This document shows, one piece after another, positions 21,251-31,665 of a stretch of 64,000 bases of DNA (position 1 is the first letter of the stretch; each line of letters begins with the position of its first letter). The notes beneath the pieces are model-generated. The model saw nothing but the letters and a program-made list of their open reading frames with translations. It had not been told where the DNA came from and made no database searches. The stretch comes from an uncultured Methanosarcinaceae archaeon (GTDB taxonomy: Archaea; Halobacteriota; Methanosarcinia; Methanosarcinales; Methanosarcinaceae), in NCBI GenBank assembly GCA_963847185.1, contig CAWJYV010000008.1:704001-768000 (forward strand), read 5' to 3'. The translations under genes and the position numbers were made by a program.

Positions 21251-22015
21251 AAACTTCAGTCCTGTTTTATTCCTGCTTAAATTGTGAGTAAACATTGAAG
21301 AAAAAGCATATTTCCGAAATTTTGCCAATAGTTTTTCCAATTAATGTCTCTCTAATAACCGCACCTATAACTCCTCCCCATGTTTGGATTTAAAACCGAA
21401 AATATCAAAAATTCAAATAATATGGTTCCGACCAGAAATCCCTGTAAACAGTAAATCACGTTTTTCATATTACCAAATTCCAAAACAAATGCTGGTCTAG
21501 AACTTACAAGGCTAAATGGAACAGATTAGTGCAAAAATAATAGATATACTCAGGGATTCCCTGCCTGAATGTACGGTTGAATCGCTTTACCTAAATGAGA
21601 GTGGGAATGATTTGAAAAAGTACTTATTACTTTTATATGTTGTGGCTGAGTTGTCGATTTCTTCTATTTTTCTAAATATCCAAAATATGCGATTATTTCG
21701 AGAGCAGGCGACAAATTAAGCATCAATATACAATAGTAGCTTGCATAAGATAGCATATCAAAAATAGCGATAAGACTTTCTTATTTTATATTAACATTTA
21801 TCTACAATTACTTCCAGACATTATTCATGCAGACCTAAAAATTACCGGTGAAAGTCTCAATCATTAATGGTAGGTCTGGTTTAACCAGCCTACTCGTCTC
21901 ACAGGGCGGGTCTATTTCTCCCGCCCATATCCACAGCTTTTCTAAAAATGCTCTTAACAATGAGATCTAGAAGCAATAGAACTTACGCACCTTAACTTAC
22001 AAAATCAAGAAAGGG

Positions 22016-22441
22016 TCAAAGTCCTTCGTTTGATGCTACAGTTGTGAGTTTTGAGAAGGTTACTCCTTTGAGGGCCAATATAGCTTCTGCAAGCTCTTTA
22101 ATTTCTTCGCCGTCTCCGGCCAGAACGATAACCTCGAAGCAGTTATCATGATCGAGATGAGTATGCACTGAAGATTTTATAAGGTGAGAGTAGTGATGCT
22201 GAATATCTCCCAGAGCATTTGAAAGACCCCTTTTTGTGTGGTCATACATGACTGCAATTGTCCCTACTCGATGGCCTTTGATTTCCCCCATCCACTCATA
22301 GTGAGAAATATAACTCCTGATGGCATCCCTTATGCCTTCAGAACGAGAAGAATAGCCTCTTTTTTCAATAATTTCATCAAATTTGTCTAGAAGATTATCG
22401 GGAAGGGAAACCCCTATCCTCATTAATTCTGTTTCCATCAT
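22016..22441 (-). CDS. nikR: nickel-responsive regulator NikR
   Basis: RIGVSLP...[15 protein letters not shown] ribbon-helix-helix; H-x-H-LDHDNC nickel site. Confidence 0.96.
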   Translation of the reverse strand: MMETELMRIGVSLPDNLLDKFDEIIEKRGYSSRSEGIRDAIRSYISHYEWMGEIKGHRVGTIAVMYDHTKRGLSNALGDIQHHYSHLIKSSVHTHLDHDNCFEVIVLAGDGEEIKELAEAILALKGVTFSKLTTVASNEGL

Positions 22442-22519
22442 ATCACCAAGAATTTTACGTTTATCTAAGAAATAATTGAGAATATTTCAAGTATTACTAT
22501 TTATGTTTTTAAACTTAAT

Positions 22520-23662
22520 TACGAATATAAAAAAGTTGATTGACAAATACTCTGTTCATCGATTATATGAATGTTTGGGAATAGGGAATCCACAAAATCC
22601 AGGACTGAGAAAGAAAAGATACGTTGAAGAAGAATGGACTTGGAGTTAGACGCATAAAAAAGCAAATGGCAAGTATGTGATATACCGCGATATCTTGGGG
22701 ATAAAACGAAGAAGATAGGTCTTCGTTGTTCCATGCGGGTTGATTATATGTATTTAGTTGGTAAAAAATCGGAAATGATACTGTAGCATCATAAAAACGA
22801 AGGTCTTTTCCGGTTGGTTTTTCCAAAGTCCCTGAATCCTGATTTGTTTGTCACAAAGCTACCTTTTGATTACGGGTAGGGGAAAAACCGTTTTTGAAGC
22901 TTGCAGGAGAGAAAATGTCATTGGAACTTGATGGGCCTCCTTTTCTATGTGAGCGTGAAGGACTTCCCTTACTCTTTGAACTCGTAGGAGAGCCTTTCTG
23001 GGAGTTTGCTGATTTTGGCGAAGCCTTTATTGGGCTGCCAGCGTTTCTTTCTTCCTTGTAGGCCCTGCAGTACGTCTTACGGGTGCGAATGTTCTTGCCT
23101 TTGTGTTGGAATTGGTATAAGTCAACCAGCCATTTATTTTCCTTTTAACCTGTTTTACTCCCTGTTTTGTCCCTACCCTATGCGAGTTTCACCAAGCTCA
23201 TTTTCAACGTTAGTTATTACACCTGAAACCCCTTTTTGCACACATACTTTTTAGTCACAGGAGCTCTTTGTTTTGAGGACTTTCGGAGAGCGTTATCTAC
23301 CTTATCTGTAGCGGTTTCATCATCTACAACTTCAGACTCCACAGCAACATAAGTAGGCTCTATGACAGGCTCATCCCCTATGGAGTCCCAATATTCCTTT
23401 ATTTTCTTCCCTTTTTTAATACATCTGTTTTTGTTCGGGATATGCCCTTTTTTATAGTGGATTTAATGCTTGATGTCGGTTCTTCAGATCCAGGTTCCGG
23501 GGGCTCGCGGATTTTTTGATCAAATCTAACAGAATAGCCTACTGATATATTTTGCCATTTTTGATAATTATTTTTTATTTTTGAGTTTTTTATTTGAAGC
23601 CTTTCGAATTACTATTTTTTTAATGTGGTAAACCCCTCTCTTAATTTTTCACTTATCTTCAA
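22520..23662 (-). pseudogene. decayed gene for a low-complexity protein with a hydrophobic C-terminus
   Basis: GGGAGA SD + TTG at 23662; protein-like stretches (IREPPEPGSEEP, EYWDSIGDEPVIEPTYVAVESEVVDDETATDKVDNALRK) broken by stops and frameshifts; family not recognised. Confidence 0.4.
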
Positions 23663-23809
23663 TAATTATCTCCCAATTTCTCATAAATAATGACTGTCTA
23701 TAATGTATTATATAAAAGCTAATTGAAAGTTACATCTTCAATAATTATCGTAAAACAGGATAATGCAATCTGTATCCTTCTTTTATATTACTTATTCTTT
23801 TTTAACAGT

Positions 23810-24138
23810 AAAATATATATGGTTTTATCTCTTACTATTAATATTGAATCAGTTATCTCTCATTAATAGCAATGGGTATGAAGATTAAAAGTCAGTGCCT
23901 TCTAAAATTGGATTGGGGAAATATTCAACAATTTACTGGAAATTTGTAATTGATTAATTCTAAAAATATGCTCGATGATCCAGATTCGAACTTAATATGT
24001 TTTTACGTCTCTTCTAGTTGAAACTTCTCTCTAATTTGAAGAAGATATGAATATTCGTTAATGGGAGTTTGATATCAGTGTTTGTTTAGCTTATGCTATC
24101 GCTTCGACAAACATTGATATTGTAATAGAGGTGGATGG
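23810..24138 (+). promoter_or_regulatory. promoter and long 5' leader, copy 1
   Basis: Collinear similarity with 31320-31665; hairpin 24072-24120 just upstream of the GAGGTGG SD. Confidence 0.6.
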
Positions 24139-27100
24139 ATGAATAAAAACAAAATAAATCTCATGTCTACATCAGCTCATTTTTCTGATTTTCCTCTTAA
24201 CCTGGGAAATTATAAAAAACGTTTATGTTCAATATTCCTGGCTTCAATCTTGATGATTGTTATGCTGGTTGGTATTGCAAGTGCAGTTCCATATGCATAT
24301 ATCTCAAACCATTATGATGGTACTGTCTCCGTAATTGATACTGCAGACAATACTGTTCTAACTACTGTGACTGTAGGAAGCTATCCTCTTGGTGTTGCAG
24401 TTAATCCAGCAGGAACAATGGCATATGTAGCGAACTATAATGCCGATACTGTCTCTGTAATTGAGACCAATACAAACACCGTTGTAGCCACTGTGCCTGT
24501 AGGGGACAGTCCTATGGGGGTTACAATTAACCCCACCGGAACAAGGGTATATGTGACTAATGAGATCGGTAACTCTGTCTCTGTGATTGACACTTCAAGT
24601 AATACCGTTATAGCTACGATGACCAGTCCAGGAACCGGTCTTTACGGTGTTGCAGTTAATTCAGATGGAACAAAAGTATATGCAGTGAAATCAAATATTA
24701 ACGGTGTATCTGTAATTGACACTACCACAAATACTGCTGAAAGCACAGTGACTGTAGGAGGTTCTCCTAAGGGAATTGCCGTTAGCCCTATAGAAGCAGT
24801 CGCATATGTCGCAAATTCAGCCGATGACACTGTCTCCGTAATTAATACCGATACAAACACGGTCATAGATACTATTAATGTAGGGAATGGTCCCTATGCA
24901 GTTGCTTTTAATCCAGATGGGACAAAAGTATATGTCGCTAACTACTACGGTGGCACCGTCTCAGTAATTGATACTAGTACAAAAACTGTAACAACTACTG
25001 TGACCGTAGGAGTTTTACCTATGGGAGTTGCAGTCAACATTGACGGAACAAAGGCATATGTAGTAAACTCTGACAGTGACAGCGTTTCCGTAATTGATAC
25101 AGACACAGATACTGTTACAACAACTATAACTGTGGGAAACACTCCTCGTTGTTTCGGGCAGTTTACTGTTTTTTTCACACCAAGTCCATCTTACAGCGTT
25201 GACAAAACCGTTACGGATGTTGCTAATAACGGATCCTCTGCACATGCAACAAAAGCCGTAGATGTCATAAAGTACCAGATTTCTGTGAGTAATTCTGGAA
25301 ACGTTGACCTTACAGGGGTATCTGTTATTGATTCTTTAATCTCTTCTCTGGCAGTATCTTCAGGAGATAATGCACCTACAGGAACTCTGGATGTAGGAGA
25401 GACCTGGGTTTATACTCCAACTTATACTGTTACTCAGACAGACCTGAATAATAAAGGTGGGGACGATGGAGATATCGACAACAAAGTAACTATTGACTGT
25501 AATGAACTTGATGCAATAAACGACAGTACAGAAGTACTTCTGGATTACAACCCTGCTTATTCCATAAACAAAAGCATTTCAGATGTTGCCGGAAAAGGTC
25601 CAGGAGCAAATGTAACTGTGGCTGGAGATGTGATCACATACAAGATTAATGTAACAAATGATGGAAATATTGATCTTACCAGTGTCACCCTCAATGATCC
25701 CCTGCTTGTGTCTCCACAACTTTCTGAGTCCAAAACTGCCAACAATATTCTCGAACCCGGAGAAAAGTGGACTTACACCGGAACTTATACTGTAGTTCAG
25801 GATGACATCGTTGACAATGGAGATGGAGACGGATTTTTCGATGGCGGAGGAGACGGGATTATCAATAATACAGCAACTGTTGATTGTGCTGAACTTGATG
25901 CAAAGAATGCCAGTGCAGGAGCACACATTGATCAGACCCCTTACCTTGTTAGCAAGACCGTTACAGACGTTGCCGGCAAAGGTCCTGACGCAAATGTCAC
26001 TGCCGCCGGCGATGTGATCACTTATGAAATTAATGTAACAAACTACGGCGGTCTGCCATTTAAGCTTGTATCAGTTTATGATTCTCTCTCTACGAATACA
26101 TTTACAGGCCCAACGGAATCAGGCGCTTCTAACAAAATCCTCGATCCTGGAGAGAGCTGGATCTATACCGGGAATTACACTGTCAATCAGTCCGACCTCA
26201 ACACCAATGGTGATGAAGATGGGTTTATCAACAACACAGCTACTGCTTACTTCTATGGAGGAGTAAAGCTAAACGATGGGTTTGTTGGATTTAAATCCTC
26301 CAGTGCAGCAGTTCCTGTAGAGCAGAGTCCCAATTACACTATTAATAAGACAGTAACCGATGTTGCAGGAAATGGCCCTGAAGCAAACGTAACAAAAACT
26401 GGAGATGTAATTAGCTATCAGATCAACGTTAGCAACACCGGAAACCTTGATCTGACAAATCTAAATATTTCTGACTCTCTGATCTCTCTTGCAGATCCGG
26501 TTGAGTCTCTGATTACTGATGGAATTATCAATCCCGGAGAGAACTGGACATATACAGGAAATTACATCGTTACTCAGGAAGATATAGATAATAACGGAAA
26601 TTATGAGGGTGAAGGAGAAGAAGAGGGAATTATAAGCAACACTGCAACTGTTAGCTGTGACCAGCTTGAAGAGATTTCAGATGATGCTGAAGTACAAATA
26701 GACCAGGCTCCATTTTTGGTTAACAAGACTGTAATAGATGTAGGGGGCAAAGGTCCTTTAGCAAATGCCACAAAAGCCGGAGATATAATTACTTACAGGA
26801 TTAACTTGACAAACTATGGCAGTTTGCCTTTTAAGCCTGTATCTGTTCACGATTCTTTAATTGCCACTACAGGGCCAATCGAGTCAGGCGCTGCTAATAA
26901 AATCCTTGATCCACAGGAGAACTGGACTTATACCGGGACTTATACTGTCAATCAGTCTGATCTCAACAATAATGGAGGAGGAGACGGTTTCATCAACAAT
27001 ACAGCTACTGGCTTCTTCTATGGGGGAGTAAAGAAATCAGAAATCGTATTAGCAGGAAAGAAATCATCCAATGCTACAGTTCAGGTAGAACAGAACCCTG

Positions 27101-30100
27101 CTTACTCCATTAATAAAACAGTTGTTGATGTTGCCGGAAATGGGTCTGATGCAAATGCAACAACAGCTGGGGACATAATCAGCTATCAGATTAACGTCAG
27201 CAATACTGGAAACATCGACCTTGTCAATGCAATTGTTTCCGATCCTCTGACTTCTCTTGAAGCGCCAGTCGGAGACGAGGAAGATGTGGGAACTCTCAAT
27301 GTAGGAGAAAGCTGGATTTACAGTGCAAGTTACAGTGTTACCCAGGACGATCTGAATACTAAAGGCGGAGAGGACGGCTTCATTAATAACACAGCAACTG
27401 TTGACTGTGATCTTCTCGATCTGGTAAATGACAGTGCTGCAGTTCCTCTTGAATGGAACCCTGTTTACAGCATTAACAAAACAGTTTTTGATGTTGCCGA
27501 AAAGGGTTCTGAAGCAAACGCAACCTCTGCAGGAGATGTAATCACTTACTGGGTTAATGTTACAAATGACGGAAATATTGACCTTACCAATGTAAACGTT
27601 TCAGACGCCCTGATTTCCCTGGATGAGCCGATCAGAGAAGGTGAACCTTCTGAAACTTTGAATGTAGGCGAAACATGGAACTATACCGGGACTTATACTG
27701 TTACTCAGGCAGATCTTAACAGTAATGGTGATGGAGACGGTTTCATTAACAATACAGCAAGTATTGTTTGTGATCAGCTTGAAATGAAATCCTCCAGTGC
27801 TGCAGTTCCTGTCGAACAGAACCCTGCTTATACCGTTAGCAAAATCGTTGTTGACGTTGCTGGAAACGGGTCTGAAGCAAATGTGGCAAAAGTAGGAGAT
27901 ATTATAACCTACGAGGTTAACGTAACCAATGATGGAAACATTGACCTGACAAATATGAATGTCTCTGATTCTCTGTTTACTCTTGAAGATCCATCCGGAG
28001 ATGATGAAGGTTCAGGAACTCTAAATGTTAGTGAAAACTGGACTTATACTGCAAACTACACTGTTACTGAGGAAGACATGAACAGTAACGGCGGGGGAGA
28101 CAAATTCATCAACAATACCGTAACTATCGCCTGTGATCAGCTGGATCAGGAAAACGATAGTGCTGCAGTGCCTATAGAACAGAACCCTGCTTATACTATT
28201 AACAAAACGGTTGCTGATGTTGGAGGAAAAGGTCCTGACGCAAACGCAACTGTCGCAGGAGAGATAATCAACTATCAGATTAATGTGACAAATGAGGGAA
28301 ACATTGGTCTTAACAATGTAAGCGTTTTTGACTCTCTTGTTGAACTTTCTAAAGACTCGGAGTCAAAAATCCTTAATGGACTTCTCGAGTTAGGGGAAAT
28401 CTGGACCTACCTTGGAAATTACACTGTCAATCAGTCCGATCTGAACAGTAATGGTGATGGAGACGGTTTTATTAACAACACAGCAACCGTTGACAGTGAT
28501 GAGCTGGATCAGGAGAACGACAGTGCTGAGGTATTTGTCGAGCAGAATCCTTCTTACAGCATTAACAAAACCGTTGTTGATGTCTCTGGAAACGGCCCTG
28601 AAGCAAATGCAACTTCTGCAGAAGATATAATCAGCTATGAGGTTAATGTGACCAATGATGGAAACATTGACCTTACGGGTGTCAGTGTTTCAGATTCCTT
28701 GATTGAACTTTCAGGACCTGTCGAAGATACTGGAGATATTGGGATTCTCAATGTAGGAGAAAGCTGGATTTACTCTGGAAATTATACAGTCGATCAGTTT
28801 GATCTGAACAGCAATGGTGAAGATGATGGTTTCATCAACAACACAGCAGCCGTTGACTGTGATCAGCTTGATCCGATAAATGACAGTGCTGAAGTGCCTG
28901 TCGAACAGAATCCTGCTTATAACGTTAGCAAAACCGTTGTTGATGTTGCCGGAAGAGGTTCTGAAAGCAATGTAACCTCTGCAGGAGATGTAATCGGCTA
29001 CCAGATTAATGTGACAAACGACGGAAACATTGATCTTAACAACATAAATGTCAATGATTCTCTGATTAATCTCACGGGTCCATATGGAGATATGGGTCAT
29101 TACAAGCTCTTCCAATCACCAGAAACTGTACAGGGATATAATCATGGTAATGGAATCCTGGACGTTGGAGAAACTTGGACTTACTTTGGAAATTACACTG
29201 TCAATCAGTCTGATATGAACAGTAATGGTGAAGGTGACGGTTTCATCAATAACACAGCAACCGTTGACTGTGATGAACTGGATCCGATAAATGACAGTGC
29301 TGAGGTACCTGTCGAGCAGATCTTTGATTGTTCACTATACAAGTCTGTAATCGGAGCAGATAATGCCGGAGACGGTATAGTCGACAGGGCCGGAGATGTA
29401 ATAGAGTACAGGATTGCAGTAAAGAATGAAGGAAATGTGGATCTTACTGGTGTTTCAGTGAACGATCCGCTTATTCAGCTGATAAAATCTGCTGGAGACG
29501 ATACTGATCCTGAAGTCCTGAACGTTGGAGAAACCTGGAGATTCGACGGAAATTACACCGTTACTCAGGATGATATAAACTGCAATTGCGGAGGAGATGG
29601 CTTCATCGACAATACTGCAACTGTAAGTTGTAACGAGCTTCAGAACGAAAGTTACAGTGTACAGCAGCCTATTGTTCAGAAGAGGAGTCTGGTGATATCC
29701 AAATCTCTGGTCGGAGTCGACAATGCAGGAGATTTCATAGTCAATAGAGCTGGAGATATAATCGAGTACCAGATTGCAGTAAAAAATAATGGAAAAGTAG
29801 ACCTTACAGGAGTTTCAGTAAGCGATCCGATGGTCCAGTTGACAGGTCCTGTTGGAGACGAAATTTGTCCTGGAGTTTTGAACGTTGGAGAAACCTGGAA
29901 GTTCTACGGAAACTATACTGTAACCCAGGAGGGTCTGGACAGTAATGGTGGAGATGATGGCTATATAGATAATACTGCAACTGTGAGCTGCACCAAGCTT
30001 TTAGACAAAACCAGCAGTATAAGCGTTCCAATCATTCTTCCCAGAACAATTGGCTCTGGTATAGATTCCGGTTCTAACAACACAGATACGGATGATGGAA

Positions 30101-30873
30101 ACTCTGGAAGCGATAACGACAGTGGCGATAGCGACAGCAGTTCCGGAGGTAGCAGCAGTAGCAGTAGCGGAAGTAGTGGTAGAAGCGGCGGTGCAGGTTT
30201 GTCTCCAGAGCCTGCCAAAAACGTTGAGGTAAAGGAGATTTCACAGGCATTTGTCACAAGTGGAAATTCTGTCACTTTTAACTTCCCTAAGAATGCCACT
30301 TCTGTCACATCCGTTACATTTGATTCAAAGAGGACTTCCGGCAAGACAACAACTATTGTTGAAATGCTGAAAAACAAATCCACACTTGTTTCAAAACTGC
30401 CTTCCGGAGAAGTTTATAAATCCTTAAACATCTGGGTTGGAAACAGCGGTTTTGCAACTTCTCAGAATATCGAAAATGCTGTAATTGGTTTCAAGGTCGA
30501 AAAGGCCTGGCTGCAGGAAAAAGGAATTGACAGCTCTTCAATAGTCCTCAATAGGTACAATGACAAAAAATGGAATGAACTTCCAACCACTCTGCTAAGT
30601 GAAGATGACAAATATATTTATTTCACAGCAGAAACTCCTGGATTCTCTCCATTTGCAATAGTTGCCAATACCGCAACAACAGAAACCAGCGATGCATCAA
30701 TACCTGAATCCAGCACTGAAGGTGTTCAGGAAAATACTGAAAGTGCAGAAGCGGATGTGGAACAGCAGGCTGAAAATGAAGGAAACACAAGTACGAACAA
30801 CGAAACTCCTGGATTTGAAATGATTTACGGAGTTACTGGCCTTCTTGCTGTATTCGTGTACAGAAGAAGATAA
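24139..30873 (+). CDS. giant cell-surface protein: YVTN beta-propeller + 13 DUF11/DUF7507-like Ig repeats + PGF-pre-PGF + PGF-CTERM
   Basis: Seven YV(T/A)N...VSVIDT blades; repeats K.V.DV...GD.I.Y.INV.N.GN.DL...GE.W.Y...INNTATV; YFTAETPGFSPFAI; TPGFEMIYGVTGLLAVFVYRRR. Confidence 0.93.
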   Translation: MNKNKINLMSTSAHFSDFPLNLGNYKKRLCSIFLASILMIVMLVGIASAVPYAYISNHYDGTVSVIDTADNTVLTTVTVGSYPLGVAVNPAGTMAYVANYNADTVSVIETNTNTVVATVPVGDSPMGVTINPTGTRVYVTNEIGNSVSVIDTSSNTVIATMTSPGTGLYGVAVNSDGTKVYAVKSNINGVSVIDTTTNTAESTVTVGGSPKGIAVSPIEAVAYVANSADDTVSVINTDTNTVIDTINVGNGPYAVAFNPDGTKVYVANYYGGTVSVIDTSTKTVTTTVTVGVLPMGVAVNIDGTKAYVVNSDSDSVSVIDTDTDTVTTTITVGNTPRCFGQFTVFFTPSPSYSVDKTVTDVANNGSSAHATKAVDVIKYQISVSNSGNVDLTGVSVIDSLISSLAVSSGDNAPTGTLDVGETWVYTPTYTVTQTDLNNKGGDDGDIDNKVTIDCNELDAINDSTEVLLDYNPAYSINKSISDVAGKGPGANVTVAGDVITYKINVTNDGNIDLTSVTLNDPLLVSPQLSESKTANNILEPGEKWTYTGTYTVVQDDIVDNGDGDGFFDGGGDGIINNTATVDCAELDAKNASAGAHIDQTPYLVSKTVTDVAGKGPDANVTAAGDVITYEINVTNYGGLPFKLVSVYDSLSTNTFTGPTESGASNKILDPGESWIYTGNYTVNQSDLNTNGDEDGFINNTATAYFYGGVKLNDGFVGFKSSSAAVPVEQSPNYTINKTVTDVAGNGPEANVTKTGDVISYQINVSNTGNLDLTNLNISDSLISLADPVESLITDGIINPGENWTYTGNYIVTQEDIDNNGNYEGEGEEEGIISNTATVSCDQLEEISDDAEVQIDQAPFLVNKTVIDVGGKGPLANATKAGDIITYRINLTNYGSLPFKPVSVHDSLIATTGPIESGAANKILDPQENWTYTGTYTVNQSDLNNNGGGDGFINNTATGFFYGGVKKSEIVLAGKKSSNATVQVEQNPAYSINKTVVDVAGNGSDANATTAGDIISYQINVSNTGNIDLVNAIVSDPLTSLEAPVGDEEDVGTLNVGESWIYSASYSVTQDDLNTKGGEDGFINNTATVDCDLLDLVNDSAAVPLEWNPVYSINKTVFDVAEKGSEANATSAGDVITYWVNVTNDGNIDLTNVNVSDALISLDEPIREGEPSETLNVGETWNYTGTYTVTQADLNSNGDGDGFINNTASIVCDQLEMKSSSAAVPVEQNPAYTVSKIVVDVAGNGSEANVAKVGDIITYEVNVTNDGNIDLTNMNVSDSLFTLEDPSGDDEGSGTLNVSENWTYTANYTVTEEDMNSNGGGDKFINNTVTIACDQLDQENDSAAVPIEQNPAYTINKTVADVGGKGPDANATVAGEIINYQINVTNEGNIGLNNVSVFDSLVELSKDSESKILNGLLELGEIWTYLGNYTVNQSDLNSNGDGDGFINNTATVDSDELDQENDSAEVFVEQNPSYSINKTVVDVSGNGPEANATSAEDIISYEVNVTNDGNIDLTGVSVSDSLIELSGPVEDTGDIGILNVGESWIYSGNYTVDQFDLNSNGEDDGFINNTAAVDCDQLDPINDSAEVPVEQNPAYNVSKTVVDVAGRGSESNVTSAGDVIGYQINVTNDGNIDLNNINVNDSLINLTGPYGDMGHYKLFQSPETVQGYNHGNGILDVGETWTYFGNYTVNQSDMNSNGEGDGFINNTATVDCDELDPINDSAEVPVEQIFDCSLYKSVIGADNAGDGIVDRAGDVIEYRIAVKNEGNVDLTGVSVNDPLIQLIKSAGDDTDPEVLNVGETWRFDGNYTVTQDDINCNCGGDGFIDNTATVSCNELQNESYSVQQPIVQKRSLVISKSLVGVDNAGDFIVNRAGDIIEYQIAVKNNGKVDLTGVSVSDPMVQLTGPVGDEICPGVLNVGETWKFYGNYTVTQEGLDSNGGDDGYIDNTATVSCTKLLDKTSSISVPIILPRTIGSGIDSGSNNTDTDDGNSGSDNDSGDSDSSSGGSSSSSSGSSGRSGGAGLSPEPAKNVEVKEISQAFVTSGNSVTFNFPKNATSVTSVTFDSKRTSGKTTTIVEMLKNKSTLVSKLPSGEVYKSLNIWVGNSGFATSQNIENAVIGFKVEKAWLQEKGIDSSSIVLNRYNDKKWNELPTTLLSEDDKYIYFTAETPGFSPFAIVANTATTETSDASIPESSTEGVQENTESAEADVEQQAENEGNTSTNNETPGFEMIYGVTGLLAVFVYRRR

Positions 30874-31319
30874 TAAACCAAACACTGCTCAAATCTGGCA
30901 GGCGGGATATTACCCTGCTTTGTCAGATTTGAAAATTTTTTGCAGTTTTCTTTTTGATTTTTTTCTTTTGAATCTATTGTTTACAATTTTCGTTTTCAAA
31001 AATGCTCTCAAGTTTACAGTTGCGCTTCAAAGTCAACATTAGTAAACTTTTGTTTTATTTTCCCTTAAAGTTTCTTTTTGGTGTCATTTTCTCTATCGTC
31101 ATTATATGTTACTGAGTTTGTCAGATATGACAAATTGTGAGCTTAGCCTGTTAAACACAATTAAGTACAATTGGAATTTTCTCATTCAATTTCCTTCGAA
31201 AAAATTAATTTTATTCATTAAGTTATATGATCCACATTATAAAATTTACAATAGTTAAAAATTAATGTTTCTCGACAAAATCATTTATTAATTTATATAT
31301 TTTCTCATATTTTCTAATA

Positions 31320-31665
31320 GCAATATATTTATCCTTTTATCTCTTATACTTAATATTGATAAAGTAGTCTCTCATCTAATTTACTCTGTATGGGAGTTGA
31401 GTGGTTCATCTTCTCGAATTGGGTGGAACAGAATAAATTTCACATGATATTGGAAATTTATGAATTGATCAAATCGTAGAATATATTCAAGAGGAACATT
31501 CAATTTCGTATATAATTTCAATTTTTGTATGTTCTCTTACTGGATACTTTTTCCCTCAAATTTGAAAGAGATGCATATGTTCCACTAAAGGGAGATTGAA
31601 TTGTTGTTTGGTTAGCTTATGCTATCATTTCGACAGACACTGACTTCGTAACAAGAGGTGGATGG
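31320..31665 (+). promoter_or_regulatory. promoter and long 5' leader, copy 2
   Basis: Shares ttttatctctta..taatattga, ttagcttatgctatc and agaggtggatgg.tgaataa with copy 1. Confidence 0.6.

Noticed and set aside
21516-21719. 67-aa ORF between the ABC genes and nikR
   Set aside because: No recognisable motif or clear SD; cannot be supported
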